Assembly: GCA_036508535.1 (NCBI GenBank)
Contig: DATCHE010000087.1
Coordinates: 1,878-65,877, forward strand
Direction of reading: 5' to 3'
DNA: 64,000 nt
DNA from: Bacteroidales bacterium
GTDB taxonomy: Bacteria > Bacteroidota > Bacteroidia > Bacteroidales > VadinHA17
A model generated the notes under the pieces. That model was not told the DNA's origin. It did no database searches and saw nothing but the letters and a program-made list of their open reading frames with translations. A program made the translations under genes and the position numbers. Numbering within the stretch: the stretch's first letter is position 1; every line of letters begins with the position of its first letter. Shown here piece after piece: positions 43,185 through 52,050 of the stretch.

Positions 43185-45752
43185 TCAAAGGTCTGGTAAG
43201 GTTTTTAAACTATCTGTTCCGTCCCAACTGATTTTAAACCGCGATTTCTTTTCAATGGGTTTTTGTTTTGGAACCGAATCCTTTTTAAACCAGCCATATT
43301 CCTGGTTCAGAATTGTTTTAAGTGTTTGCCTTTCAGATTTGATATTGTTCTTTACTTCATTGCTTGCAGCTTTGATGTCGTATCCTACTTTAATATCTTC
43401 TCCTTTGCCAATTATTTTTAAAAGCAGCGAAGTGCGTCCGAGTCCGTCGTCTTCTACTACTCCAAATTCGGTAACATTGCTCTTGTTTTTCTTCCTTTTC
43501 TTACTAAGAATTTCTGACAATAGAATTTTAATGTGGTATTCATAGTCATTGTCAAAACTGTGCTTCCCGTTTACGGAAAGATCAGCAGCAGAGGATTTAA
43601 CATCCATTTGAGGGATATATAGAAAGTTGTTTCTTATAAAAAAATCATTCTCAAGTTGTTTAAAACTTATATTTTCCAGCTCGGATAGTTCTATAAATGA
43701 CGCGAGTTGTTTAACCGGATCAAAATTGACGAGAGATCCGTTTACAAGGATGTATTTTCCTTCAGCAGTTAGAGATTTGATCTGCGGTTTAAGCATTGAG
43801 TCAAGAGGAAGAATCAATGACAATGACCCGGAAAGAGTCCCTCTTATGTTTTCCGATTTCAGAAAGTTCTGGCCAAAATTATGAAATGTTGTGAAAGTTT
43901 TATTTATATCAATGTTGGTTACACTAAAACTACCTTTTGTGATTAAGGATTTATTACCGTTCTGAAAGATAAATCCATTACCAGAGATGATTCCGCTTAA
44001 CGCTCTCATATTCAGCGATGTAAATGTTAATAGCTGAGGCTTATAAGTCAGGGATCCTTCAATTTTCGTGGAAGCAAATGTTTTGTAATTCAGACTGTCT
44101 ATCTTAAAATTGATGTCGAGAATAAAGTTTTCAGGAAGACTGAATGCTTTTTTCTTCCCGGAAGGTTTTTCTGAAGAAGGAGTAGTATTTAAAAATAGTT
44201 CAGGAATGAATCTGTCGAATGAAATATCAGCAGTGGCAATCATTTGAACTGGTCGGCCATCGAACCATTCCGGGAGGTTTCTGAATTCACCATCAATCTT
44301 TATTTTTTCACCTTTATAAATCAGCTGTAAGCCGGTCGCCTGTATTGTACTGCCAGCCGAAAGATTACCATTTATCTGATTAAATAGAAATTTGTCGTTT
44401 TTAAAACCGATATTTAATGAATTGAAGGTGAGATTAACTTCAGGTTTAAGATCGATAATATATGATAATGTTATTTTTTCAGGGAATTTTAATTTACTGT
44501 TCAGCTTAAGATCAATATCTGCTGAGCCTGAAGCAGCTGAAAGCGATTGAAGATCGAAAAATTCCTTAAGTTCTCCGGGGAAAACTCTACCTTTTAATAA
44601 AAACTCAACAGTAGGATCCTTAAACTGCGACAATAAAAGCGAACCGGTATATTCAGATGACCCGAGTTTTGCTTTCAGGTTAGTAATTCTTAGGATGCTT
44701 GTTTCAGAACGGTTTTTTGTTCCATTCGAATAAAAGCCCTGAAAAGAAAGGTCATTAATAGTAAGATTAGATTTTCCATATGCAATATGACCATTTTTCA
44801 GGGATGCAGTTATTTCAATATGCGGGTTATTTGTATGACTAAGGAGTCCTTTAATACTGCTTTTTACAACCATTAAACCTGAAGGGTCATATCCGGCAAC
44901 AATTTTCTGATACTTTTCAGGCAGATACTTTCTTGTTTTTGAAATATCGATGTCATTTCCGGTTACAATCAGATCAAAGACGTTTTCTGATGAAACTGAT
45001 CCTACAATACCGAAATCATAATTTTCAATTGTTAGTATACTTTTTTTAAATTGAAACCCCTTTTTGGTGCGTTGAAGTGTAAGGTCCAACCCTGCACTTA
45101 TTGACCTTGTTATCTTAGTATTATAAAGTTGAAAGCCGGAAATTTTCAAATCTGAAACGGCAGTAAAATCAATAATATCGCCCGATATCCTGCTTTTTAA
45201 CCGGCCGCTTTTAATTATGCCATTAGTTATTAGCTTTATTTCCAGGCTGTTGTAATACACGTCAATATCAGACAGGTTGATTTTTTCAAGATTAATAGTG
45301 ATGTCTTCACTACCGGAGCTTTTGTTTTTTAAAGATATGTCATAATTTACATGTCCGGCTGTGTCGGTGAAAAAGTTCAATTTCCCAACTTTGGCACCGA
45401 TCCTCTCGATGTTGTAGATCCCGTTAATAATATCAGTTATTTTAAACTCAACTGATACAAATCTGGCTGCCAGAAGAGTGTCTGTATTGATTCCGGAGAA
45501 GGCTTCAGAATTAAAACCGGAAGATGAATGAACAACGACATCAATCAGTTCAAGTGACGCATTTGGAAATTTTCTTAAAAATGAAAGTTTAAATGAGCGA
45601 ACATCAAGCTTTGTGGAAATATTTTTATTAAGAGATTTCAGGATAATATCTGCAACCTTATTCTGGAGTAGGAAAGAAGCTGAAAACAGGATGATTGAAA
45701 TTGCAATAATCAGTAGTATAAATAGTTTCAGAATTTTTAAAGTTAGTTTCAT
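43185..45752 (-). CDS. AsmA/TamB-like large envelope protein
   Basis: 855 aa. Single N-terminal TM segment, then a long beta-rich Ser/Asn/Ile-rich region. The family call rests on architecture and memory only. Overlaps pepE by 4 nt. Confidence 0.55.
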   Translation of the reverse strand: MKLTLKILKLFILLIIAISIILFSASFLLQNKVADIILKSLNKNISTKLDVRSFKLSFLRKFPNASLELIDVVVHSSSGFNSEAFSGINTDTLLAARFVSVEFKITDIINGIYNIERIGAKVGKLNFFTDTAGHVNYDISLKNKSSGSEDITINLEKINLSDIDVYYNSLEIKLITNGIIKSGRLKSRISGDIIDFTAVSDLKISGFQLYNTKITRSISAGLDLTLQRTKKGFQFKKSILTIENYDFGIVGSVSSENVFDLIVTGNDIDISKTRKYLPEKYQKIVAGYDPSGLMVVKSSIKGLLSHTNNPHIEITASLKNGHIAYGKSNLTINDLSFQGFYSNGTKNRSETSILRITNLKAKLGSSEYTGSLLLSQFKDPTVEFLLKGRVFPGELKEFFDLQSLSAASGSADIDLKLNSKLKFPEKITLSYIIDLKPEVNLTFNSLNIGFKNDKFLFNQINGNLSAGSTIQATGLQLIYKGEKIKIDGEFRNLPEWFDGRPVQMIATADISFDRFIPELFLNTTPSSEKPSGKKKAFSLPENFILDINFKIDSLNYKTFASTKIEGSLTYKPQLLTFTSLNMRALSGIISGNGFIFQNGNKSLITKGSFSVTNIDINKTFTTFHNFGQNFLKSENIRGTLSGSLSLILPLDSMLKPQIKSLTAEGKYILVNGSLVNFDPVKQLASFIELSELENISFKQLENDFFIRNNFLYIPQMDVKSSAADLSVNGKHSFDNDYEYHIKILLSEILSKKRKKNKSNVTEFGVVEDDGLGRTSLLLKIIGKGEDIKVGYDIKAASNEVKNNIKSERQTLKTILNQEYGWFKKDSVPKQKPIEKKSRFKISWDGTDSLKTLPDL

Positions 45753-46465
45753 ATCGCCATTTCAAGGAGGAAAGATAAATCATCAGTAGTTCCAAGTTCA
45801 ACCGGGCTAACCCCCTTTTTGAATATTCTTAACTTTTGTTCCCCGTGGAGTGAAATTTTGTCGTCTTCACGAAGTAACATACAACCTTCCCGCAGACCAG
45901 CAACAAAGATCCCCGGATTGGCTTCAATGAATTCCTCAATTCGCTGCTCCCTTGTTTCTCCTGCATGCCCCAATGGATTAGCATCAAGAAAATGAGGATT
46001 TATCTGAAAGGGGATAAGATTAAAAGCGTTGAATGAATCTGGTTCAACTACAGGCATATCGTTTGTGGTTTTGATTGTCGGACATGCAACATTCGATCCT
46101 GCGCTCCAGCCAATATAAGGTGTTCCGGTAAAAACTTTTTCTCTGACAATATCAATGAGATTATTCTCTCTTATCATTTTCAGAAGTTTCCAGGTGTTAC
46201 CCCCTCCAACTATTATTGCTGATGCCTCTCTTACGGCAGAAACAGGGTCGGTAAGGTGGTGAATCGATACGATTTCGTGACCAATCTCCCGAAATCGTTC
46301 AGAAACTTTTTCTTCATAAGTATCGAACGAAAAAGTTACAGCAGCATAGGGAATAAATAATGCTTTTACCGGGTTGTTACCAAGAAAAGTTTTGATGTTA
46401 TTCTTTGGGTAGTCGAGGTATGGCTCCCCAGGGTTAGTTGAATTGCTGATAAGTAACAATCTCAT
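45749..46465 (-). CDS. pepE: Dipeptidase E (peptidase S51)
   Basis: VGGGNTWKLL and nucleophile context GWSAGSNV. The ATG at 46465 is preferred over the track TTG at 46474. Confidence 0.8.
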   Translation of the reverse strand: MRLLLISNSTNPGEPYLDYPKNNIKTFLGNNPVKALFIPYAAVTFSFDTYEEKVSERFREIGHEIVSIHHLTDPVSAVREASAIIVGGGNTWKLLKMIRENNLIDIVREKVFTGTPYIGWSAGSNVACPTIKTTNDMPVVEPDSFNAFNLIPFQINPHFLDANPLGHAGETREQRIEEFIEANPGIFVAGLREGCMLLREDDKISLHGEQKLRIFKKGVSPVELGTTDDLSFLLEMAI

Positions 46466-46511
46466 ATATTTCAATGTATTTCTGCTTATTGTTTATTTAA
46501 GTAATAGTCAT

Positions 46512-47291
46512 TTAATCAGTAACTCTTTTTAAGGTTTTGATATTATGATTTTCAGGGACATTGCTTACAGAAAAATGGTTAAAAGTATTGTCAAGAATAT
46601 TAATTAGCAGAACTTTGCCACTGAGGATATCACCGGTTTTTGTAATTATTTTAATAACTTCATTTGCCATATAAGTTCCTGCAATTCCTGGAAGAACTCC
46701 AAACAGACCAATAGCGGAAGGTGAAGGGTTTTTGAACTCTGTTACAGATACGAAAGGGTTATAACATCGGTAAGTTGGCCCACCATTAAAGTTGAATACA
46801 GAAATCATTCCTTCATATTTATATATTGAACCATGGACCATTGGTTTATCAAGGATAACGCAGGAATCGTTAATAATGTATCTGGCATCGAGGTTATCCG
46901 TGGCATCAACAATTACATCGAAATCCTTAAAAATTTCTAATGAATTTGATGCATCAACCCGTAAATTGAATATTTCAAATTCTATAAGTGAATTAATATG
47001 TTCAAGTGCGCTTTTTGCAAGAATTGATTTGAGTTTTCCTACATCGGATGAACCATAAAGTACCTGTCTTTGAAGATTTGTCTCATCAACCATATCAAAA
47101 TCAGCTATGCCAATTTTCCCTATACCAGCTGCAGCCAGATATTGTAAAACAGGACAGCCAAGTCCCCCGGCACCAACAACAAGGACCCTTGACTTTTTAA
47201 GTTTCTCCTGACCTTCGATCCCTATCTCCGGAATCATTATTTGTTTGCTGTACCTTCTTAACTCCCTGGCAGATAATATATCACTATCCAT
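46512..47291 (-). CDS. HesA/MoeB/ThiF-family adenylyltransferase
   Basis: RRYSKQIMIPEIG and the nucleotide loop VLVVGAGGLGCPV. The ATG at 47291 is preferred over the track TTG at 47297. Confidence 0.8.
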   Translation of the reverse strand: MDSDILSARELRRYSKQIMIPEIGIEGQEKLKKSRVLVVGAGGLGCPVLQYLAAAGIGKIGIADFDMVDETNLQRQVLYGSSDVGKLKSILAKSALEHINSLIEFEIFNLRVDASNSLEIFKDFDVIVDATDNLDARYIINDSCVILDKPMVHGSIYKYEGMISVFNFNGGPTYRCYNPFVSVTEFKNPSPSAIGLFGVLPGIAGTYMANEVIKIITKTGDILSGKVLLINILDNTFNHFSVSNVPENHNIKTLKRVTD

Positions 47292-47314
47292 TACCAATAT
47301 CTCTCTGTTTCAGA

Positions 47315-47322
47315 CAAAGATA
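47315..47322 (-). promoter_or_regulatory. Candidate -7 box (TATCTTTG on the minus strand) for the MoeB/ThiF-like gene
   Basis: Plus strand reads caaagata, 23 nt upstream of the ATG at 47291. Confidence 0.35.
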
Positions 47323-47350
47323 GGTTACCGGTTAACAAAAAACAACAGGA

Positions 47351-47390
47351 AATAAAAAGAGGCTGCCCCTTTTTGTTTAGGGACAGCCTC
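47351..47390 (-). terminator. Intrinsic terminator after the GH16-like gene
   Basis: Minus strand reads GAGGCTGTCCC, loop taaacaaaaa, GGGGCAGCCTC. This is an 11-bp stem with one G-U pair, followed by TTTTTATTT. It lies 27 nt past the stop at 47417. Confidence 0.7.
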
Positions 47391-47416
47391 ATAACTTCTT
47401 CAAATGAAATTAGTTG

Positions 47417-48832
47417 TTATTTGTTTGGCTGATATACCCTTACCCAGTCGATTTCCATTGAGGTCGTTCCATTTATTGGTTTATCTAAACCGCCAGCCAG
47501 AAGAACGTACATAGGTTCCTGCGGAATATCCGATGTCTGAACAAACACTTCGGTATCGTTTATTTTCCAAACAAGTTTATCTGATGTCCATTCAAGGGTA
47601 AATATGAAAAAGTCATTTGCATACCGCGAACCAATTGCGGTTTTTGAAGTGGTTCCTTTAGCAGAGAAATAGTCGGACCAGACTTTCCCTTTTGATGTCC
47701 GGCAGATGTCGATATGAGGAGTAATTTTATCAGCAAGCATCCAGAAAGCGCATTTGGCATTTGGGTCACCAAGTTTAATTTTTGCTGTAAAAACACCATA
47801 TTTCTGCCTGAAGCTTGTTCCCGAATTAATCAGACCTGAAGTATAACTGAATTCTTTTGAAGAAAAACCATGAGCTGCAGACCACACCTTCCCTGTAACT
47901 TTTTGTGCTTTGGTGTTGATCTTTAGAATGCTATTGCGGATTTCAAAGTTTTCTTTTTCAGTATAAGCCTGAAGATCTGATTCCACGGAATATCTGTCTT
48001 TCAGCAGCTTTTCTCCCCAATAGTAGTTTGTGAGCCACTTTTTTGTATCGAGTTTTTCATTGTCAAACTCATCACTGAAAGTCAATTCCCTGTGTTTAAG
48101 AATGTCAAATTTGTTGGAATCTTTTACTCTGAAGTACCAGATAATATCTTCATTTTTCTTAAGTTTATTATATTCCTGAACCTCTTTGAACATTTCGGTT
48201 TTTTCAAATCTTTTCTTATCAAGAAGATACTCTTTCTGTTTTTTAAATTCAGGAGTGGCAACAAATTCTTTAAGCTCGTTAAGTCTTGCAAGCCGTTTTG
48301 AACCATTAGTATTCTGATAGTTTGCATACTCTTTTGAGGACCTGAATTTATAGTAATCTTTAATTTCAGTGCTTCCCTTTTGATTTTTGTAATCCTGTAG
48401 CTTTTTTGAGTCTTCGGAATCTTTAAACTCTTTTGATTTCATCTTCTCCCGGAATTCAGAAGATTGAACCAGTTTCTCAATAGCTTCATATTTGCTAATC
48501 TTCTCAGAACCATCCATCTGTTGAAATTTCTTCAGTGAAGGGCCTTCAATTGTTTTGTAATAAAGGACAATATCTTTTGCTTTCTGAAGCGACAAAAACT
48601 CTTTCTCTTTAGAATATTCCTCAGAATTCTTATACTGTAGGGATTCAATCTCTTTCTTTTTCTGAATGAAATCAGACGAATTTACCAATCCGTTCAGCTC
48701 ATTATACTTTGCCAGCTGATCAGATCCTGAAAAGACGTTTAGTTTCTCAAATTCAGTAACCAAGGCCTTTTCAGCCTGCTCAATTTTTGAAGTCGATGGG
48801 ATCATTCCCAGTAAAAGCTTGAGACTTGCCAT
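47417..48832 (-). CDS. Repeat-containing protein with C-terminal GH16-like (concanavalin-type) domain
   Basis: 471 aa. The C-terminal approximately 225 aa resembles GH16 (FSDEFD..., AFWML, EIDWVRVY). The catalytic box reads HIDICR instead of ExDxxE. The N-terminal half has three Lys/Glu-rich repeats of about 60-70 aa. No signal peptide is evident. Confidence 0.6.
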   Translation of the reverse strand: MASLKLLLGMIPSTSKIEQAEKALVTEFEKLNVFSGSDQLAKYNELNGLVNSSDFIQKKKEIESLQYKNSEEYSKEKEFLSLQKAKDIVLYYKTIEGPSLKKFQQMDGSEKISKYEAIEKLVQSSEFREKMKSKEFKDSEDSKKLQDYKNQKGSTEIKDYYKFRSSKEYANYQNTNGSKRLARLNELKEFVATPEFKKQKEYLLDKKRFEKTEMFKEVQEYNKLKKNEDIIWYFRVKDSNKFDILKHRELTFSDEFDNEKLDTKKWLTNYYWGEKLLKDRYSVESDLQAYTEKENFEIRNSILKINTKAQKVTGKVWSAAHGFSSKEFSYTSGLINSGTSFRQKYGVFTAKIKLGDPNAKCAFWMLADKITPHIDICRTSKGKVWSDYFSAKGTTSKTAIGSRYANDFFIFTLEWTSDKLVWKINDTEVFVQTSDIPQEPMYVLLAGGLDKPINGTTSMEIDWVRVYQPNK

Positions 48833-49013
48833 TGTAATATTGGTTTATGTACAATTGATAAAGATAAAAAATCTTTCTATAATAATTGATTTGGCTCTTC
48901 AAATATTTGTTTTTTAGAAAAAAGGAATCCCCGTATATGGAATAGTCCGGTAAAAACTTGACAAGGATTAATTCAGGTTTTTTTTGGATTAAATTTAGTT
49001 TCTAGAATTTTTC

Positions 49014-49021
49014 TACTTTTG
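49014..49021 (+). promoter_or_regulatory. Candidate -7 box TACTTTTG for the methyltransferase-family gene
   Basis: Matches TAnnTTTG, 23 nt upstream of the ATG at 49045. Confidence 0.35.
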
Positions 49022-49044
49022 CGGGGTCACTTAAAAATATAAAA

Positions 49045-49782
49045 ATGGCTCTGGTACATGAATTTGAAAGTAGTGGAAACTGGTTATTTAAAAGAAGAAG
49101 CTGGCTACCGGTTTTTATGGTTGTTGCAGGAATCTTTGCAATGTATATGGGAAACCGACAGGCAATCCTCTTCGATATGCGCGACGAACTTATTTTTCTT
49201 GGCGTAAGTTTTTTAGGTCAGGTAATAAGAATTCTTACAGTTGGGTTCGCACCTAAAAACACATCCGGAAGAAACACTGCAGACGGTCAGATTGCTGATG
49301 AATTAAATGTTACAGGTATCTATTCAATAATTCGTCACCCACTTTACCTTGGGAATTTCTTTATGTGGCTGGGCCCCGTTCTGTTCATAAGATCTTTTGT
49401 GGCAACCTTGGTTTTTGTGCTTCTTTACTGGTTATATTATGAACGTATAATGTTCGCTGAGGAGCAATTCCTGAGGAGAAAATTCGGCGAAATTTATGAC
49501 AAATGGTCAGAAACGGTTAGTTCTATAATTCCGGATTCAATCAAATACATTCCGTCCTCACTGCATTTTTCGGTCAGGAATGTACTGAAGAGAGAATACA
49601 ACAGTTTCATCAACATATTTGTAGTATTCATACTGATGGATCTGTTTAGAAATTATTTTCTTTCTGAACGCATCTATCTCACAGGCATGTGGATATACCT
49701 AATGGTCTCAGCGTTTGTAATATGGATTGTAGTGAGAACAATTCATAAACGGACCAGGTGGCTTGAGGTGGAAGGGAGATGA
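49045..49782 (+). CDS. ICMT/PEMT-like membrane methyltransferase-family protein
   Basis: 245 aa, polytopic. IIRHPLYLGNFFMWLG is the conserved motif of the isoprenylcysteine carboxyl / phospholipid methyltransferase superfamily. Confidence 0.68.
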   Translation: MALVHEFESSGNWLFKRRSWLPVFMVVAGIFAMYMGNRQAILFDMRDELIFLGVSFLGQVIRILTVGFAPKNTSGRNTADGQIADELNVTGIYSIIRHPLYLGNFFMWLGPVLFIRSFVATLVFVLLYWLYYERIMFAEEQFLRRKFGEIYDKWSETVSSIIPDSIKYIPSSLHFSVRNVLKREYNSFINIFVVFILMDLFRNYFLSERIYLTGMWIYLMVSAFVIWIVVRTIHKRTRWLEVEGR

Positions 49783-50460
49783 TTACCTTCTCGACCCCGT
49801 AAAAATCATAATGTAGTAAAGCAGAGTTGCCAGCGAACCAAGTGCAGCAACAACATATGTATACGCAGCCCACTTGAGTGCGTCCTGTGCCTTATCGTGA
49901 TTCTGATATGAGGTTATACCTGCATTCGACAGCCATGCGAGAGCCCGCTGACTGGCATTTATCTCAACCGGCAAAGTAATAAAGCTGAAAATTGTAGTCA
50001 GTGCAAACAGGAAGATTCCTGCCAGTAACAAAGCCGGGAATGTTCTTACCATCAGAATACCCGCTAATAATATCCATTGTACATATTTAGATGAAAAACT
50101 GACAGCCGGCACTAGTTTTGACCTGAATCCGAGCCATGCATATGCGTTTGCGTGCTGAACTGCATGCCCGCATTCATGTGCTGCAACTGCTGCTGAAGAA
50201 ATACTCCGTCCGTTATATACATCGGGGCTCAGGTTAATTGTTTTATCAACAGGATTATAGTGATCGGTAAGCTGGCCGGGAACACATTCAACCTTAACGC
50301 CGCTGATACCACTGTCACGAAGCATTCGTTCAGCCACATCTTTCCCTGACATCCCGTTATCGAGAAGAATTTTCGAATACTTTTTAAACTTCGATTTAAG
50401 CACTGCACTGACGACCCAACTCAGGATCATAAATCCTATAAAAATTATCCAGATACTCAT
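49783..50460 (-). CDS. Putative neutral zinc metallopeptidase (Zn_peptidase_2/YugP-like)
   Basis: 225 aa. N-terminal TM segment, HExxH site AAHECGHAVQHA, and C-terminal TM segments. Confidence 0.8.
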   Translation of the reverse strand: MSIWIIFIGFMILSWVVSAVLKSKFKKYSKILLDNGMSGKDVAERMLRDSGISGVKVECVPGQLTDHYNPVDKTINLSPDVYNGRSISSAAVAAHECGHAVQHANAYAWLGFRSKLVPAVSFSSKYVQWILLAGILMVRTFPALLLAGIFLFALTTIFSFITLPVEINASQRALAWLSNAGITSYQNHDKAQDALKWAAYTYVVAALGSLATLLYYIMIFTGSRR

Positions 50461-50505
50461 ATTACATTTTCCTCCTTAATTTTAGATATAATAATTAAAA
50501 CGCTT

Positions 50506-50610
50506 GAAAATCAATTTTTTTACCCCGGTCCGCCAGTTGGCGGAGAGTAAATTGATTTTCTTCGCTCTCCGCCAGCCGGCGGAGTTGGGGTAAACGAAGA
50601 AAATCAATTT
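50506..50610. repeat. Nested inverted-repeat element (X-A-X'-A'-X)
   Basis: GAAAATCAATTT occurs at 50506-50517 and 50599-50610, with its complement AAATTGATTTTC at 50549-50560. Two GC hairpins lie inside: TCCGCC-agtt-GGCGGA and CTCCGCC-agcc-GGCGGAG. These are inverted copies of each other. Confidence 0.75.
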
Positions 50611-50775
50611 AGAGTTATTGCTGATATCCAATTCCCATTATTTCAAGAAACCTTGCAAATCCTCTGCCAAATGTATTTTGACAGTTCTTATTGGTCATTT
50701 TGTCAGAAAATACAAAGGTACTTATTTCATGAATTGATAAAACAGCATTCTTACGTCAATTATTATCTTTGTGCA

Positions 50776-51084
50776 ATGATAAAGTTGATAAATGCGATAT
50801 TTTCATTTCTTTTTTCGCTTCCTGTCCATCTCTACAGGTATTCAATTTCCCCATTTTTAAGACCGGCCTGCCGTCACGAGCCCTCATGTTCACAATACAT
50901 GCTTGATGCACTGAAGGTTCACGGACCAATTACCGGACTAATTATGGGGACTGGTCGGATTTTGAGATGCAGACCGGGTGGCACACATGGCTGGGATCCT
51001 GTTCCCCTCTTTCGGTTTCGTCGCTACCGGCCATTATTGGCGATATTTTCCCGTTGGAAAACAGAAAACCGACTCAAGAGATAA
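50776..51084 (+). CDS. yidD: Membrane protein insertion efficiency factor YidD
   Basis: HLYRYSISPFLRPACRHEPSCSQYMLDAL is the YidD signature. The ATG at 50776 is used because the track start at 50653 adds an unrelated 41 aa. Confidence 0.8.
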   Translation: MIKLINAIFSFLFSLPVHLYRYSISPFLRPACRHEPSCSQYMLDALKVHGPITGLIMGTGRILRCRPGGTHGWDPVPLFRFRRYRPLLAIFSRWKTENRLKR

Positions 51085-51110
51085 TGCCCCCCAACGTGGC
51101 TGTTGAAAAA

Positions 51111-51206
51111 GTCCTTTGTGAACCTTAGTGATAACCTTAGTGTCCTTTGTGGTAAAACATAAATCATTGAACCACAAAGGATCACAGGGGGCAAAACACA
51201 TGGGGG
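51111..51206. repeat. Cluster of short direct and inverted repeats plus a GGGGGCAAAA motif
   Basis: GTCCTTTGTG occurs at 51111 and 51142. AACCTTAGTG occurs at 51121 and 51133. The inverted pair is TCCTTTGTGGT (51143-51153) and ACCACAAAGGA (51171-51181). GGGGGCAAAACACATGGGGG follows at 51187-51206. Confidence 0.7.
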
Positions 51207-51218
51207 ACAGAAGGGAAT

Positions 51219-51971
51219 TTAAAAATTTAATTCCTCCTTCAGCTGTTTATACCCTGCCCGGCTTACCGGAAGCTTCTCGCCGGAATGAAGAATTGCAACG
51301 AAACTGTCCTTACCATAAGGTTCTATCTGTTTAATCTCCTCTACTTTTACAATATAGGAACGATGAATTCTTACAAAATCAGCTTTTGGAAGATTATCTT
51401 CATAAAATTTCATTGTTTGTTGTTTCAGAGCTTTTCCGGCAGAATGGTATATCATTACATAATCATCCTCGGCTTCAACATATTTAATCTGATCAACAGG
51501 AATAATATTTATCGAATTAGCTTTTCTTACAACTATTCTGCTAACAGGAGCAGAAGCTTCCGGTCTTTTTGAGAGTAGCCGGTTTGCAGGTTCTTTATGG
51601 CTCGTTCCTGAACGGATTTTGTCTATTGCTTTTTTTGTAGCCTCAAGGAATCGCCTTTGTGGGAACGGTTTAAGGAGATAATCTACTGCATTAAGCTCAA
51701 AGGCTCTCAGGGCATACTGATCAAATGCCGTGGTAAATATTATTTCTGGTTTCTCAGTGAGAACCTCAAGCATCTCAATTCCGGTAAGTCTGGGCATTTG
51801 AATATCGAGAAACACCAGATCAGGCTTCATTGTCGAAATTGTTTTCAGTCCGGTAAAGCCATCGGCACATTCAGCAATTACCTCGATAGAGTCAACCTCT
51901 TTTAAATAATGTTTAATAATTTCCCTTGCCGGACCTTCATCATCAATAATTAGTATTCTGATTTTTTCCAT
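51219..51971 (-). CDS. LytTR-family response regulator
   Basis: 250 aa. The REC domain has ILIIDDEGPARE and LVFLDIQMPRLTG. The C-terminal part is a LytTR DNA-binding domain. Confidence 0.9.
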   Translation of the reverse strand: MEKIRILIIDDEGPAREIIKHYLKEVDSIEVIAECADGFTGLKTISTMKPDLVFLDIQMPRLTGIEMLEVLTEKPEIIFTTAFDQYALRAFELNAVDYLLKPFPQRRFLEATKKAIDKIRSGTSHKEPANRLLSKRPEASAPVSRIVVRKANSINIIPVDQIKYVEAEDDYVMIYHSAGKALKQQTMKFYEDNLPKADFVRIHRSYIVKVEEIKQIEPYGKDSFVAILHSGEKLPVSRAGYKQLKEELNF

Positions 51972-52050
51972 ACGTTAATTTCTTGCCGTCCTATCTTACT
52001 GCAGATAAAATTTTATACCCTAAAAATATAAATTATTTTTCAGAAAGCGT

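Noticed and set aside
46512-47291. MoeB/ThiF-like E1 as part of a ubiquitin-like conjugation or defence module with neighbouring peptidases (pepE, Zn peptidase)
   Set aside because: No E2, JAB or small beta-grasp gene is adjacent. The neighbours are separated by terminators and promoters. moaD/moaE elsewhere in the window give it an ordinary cofactor-biosynthesis role.
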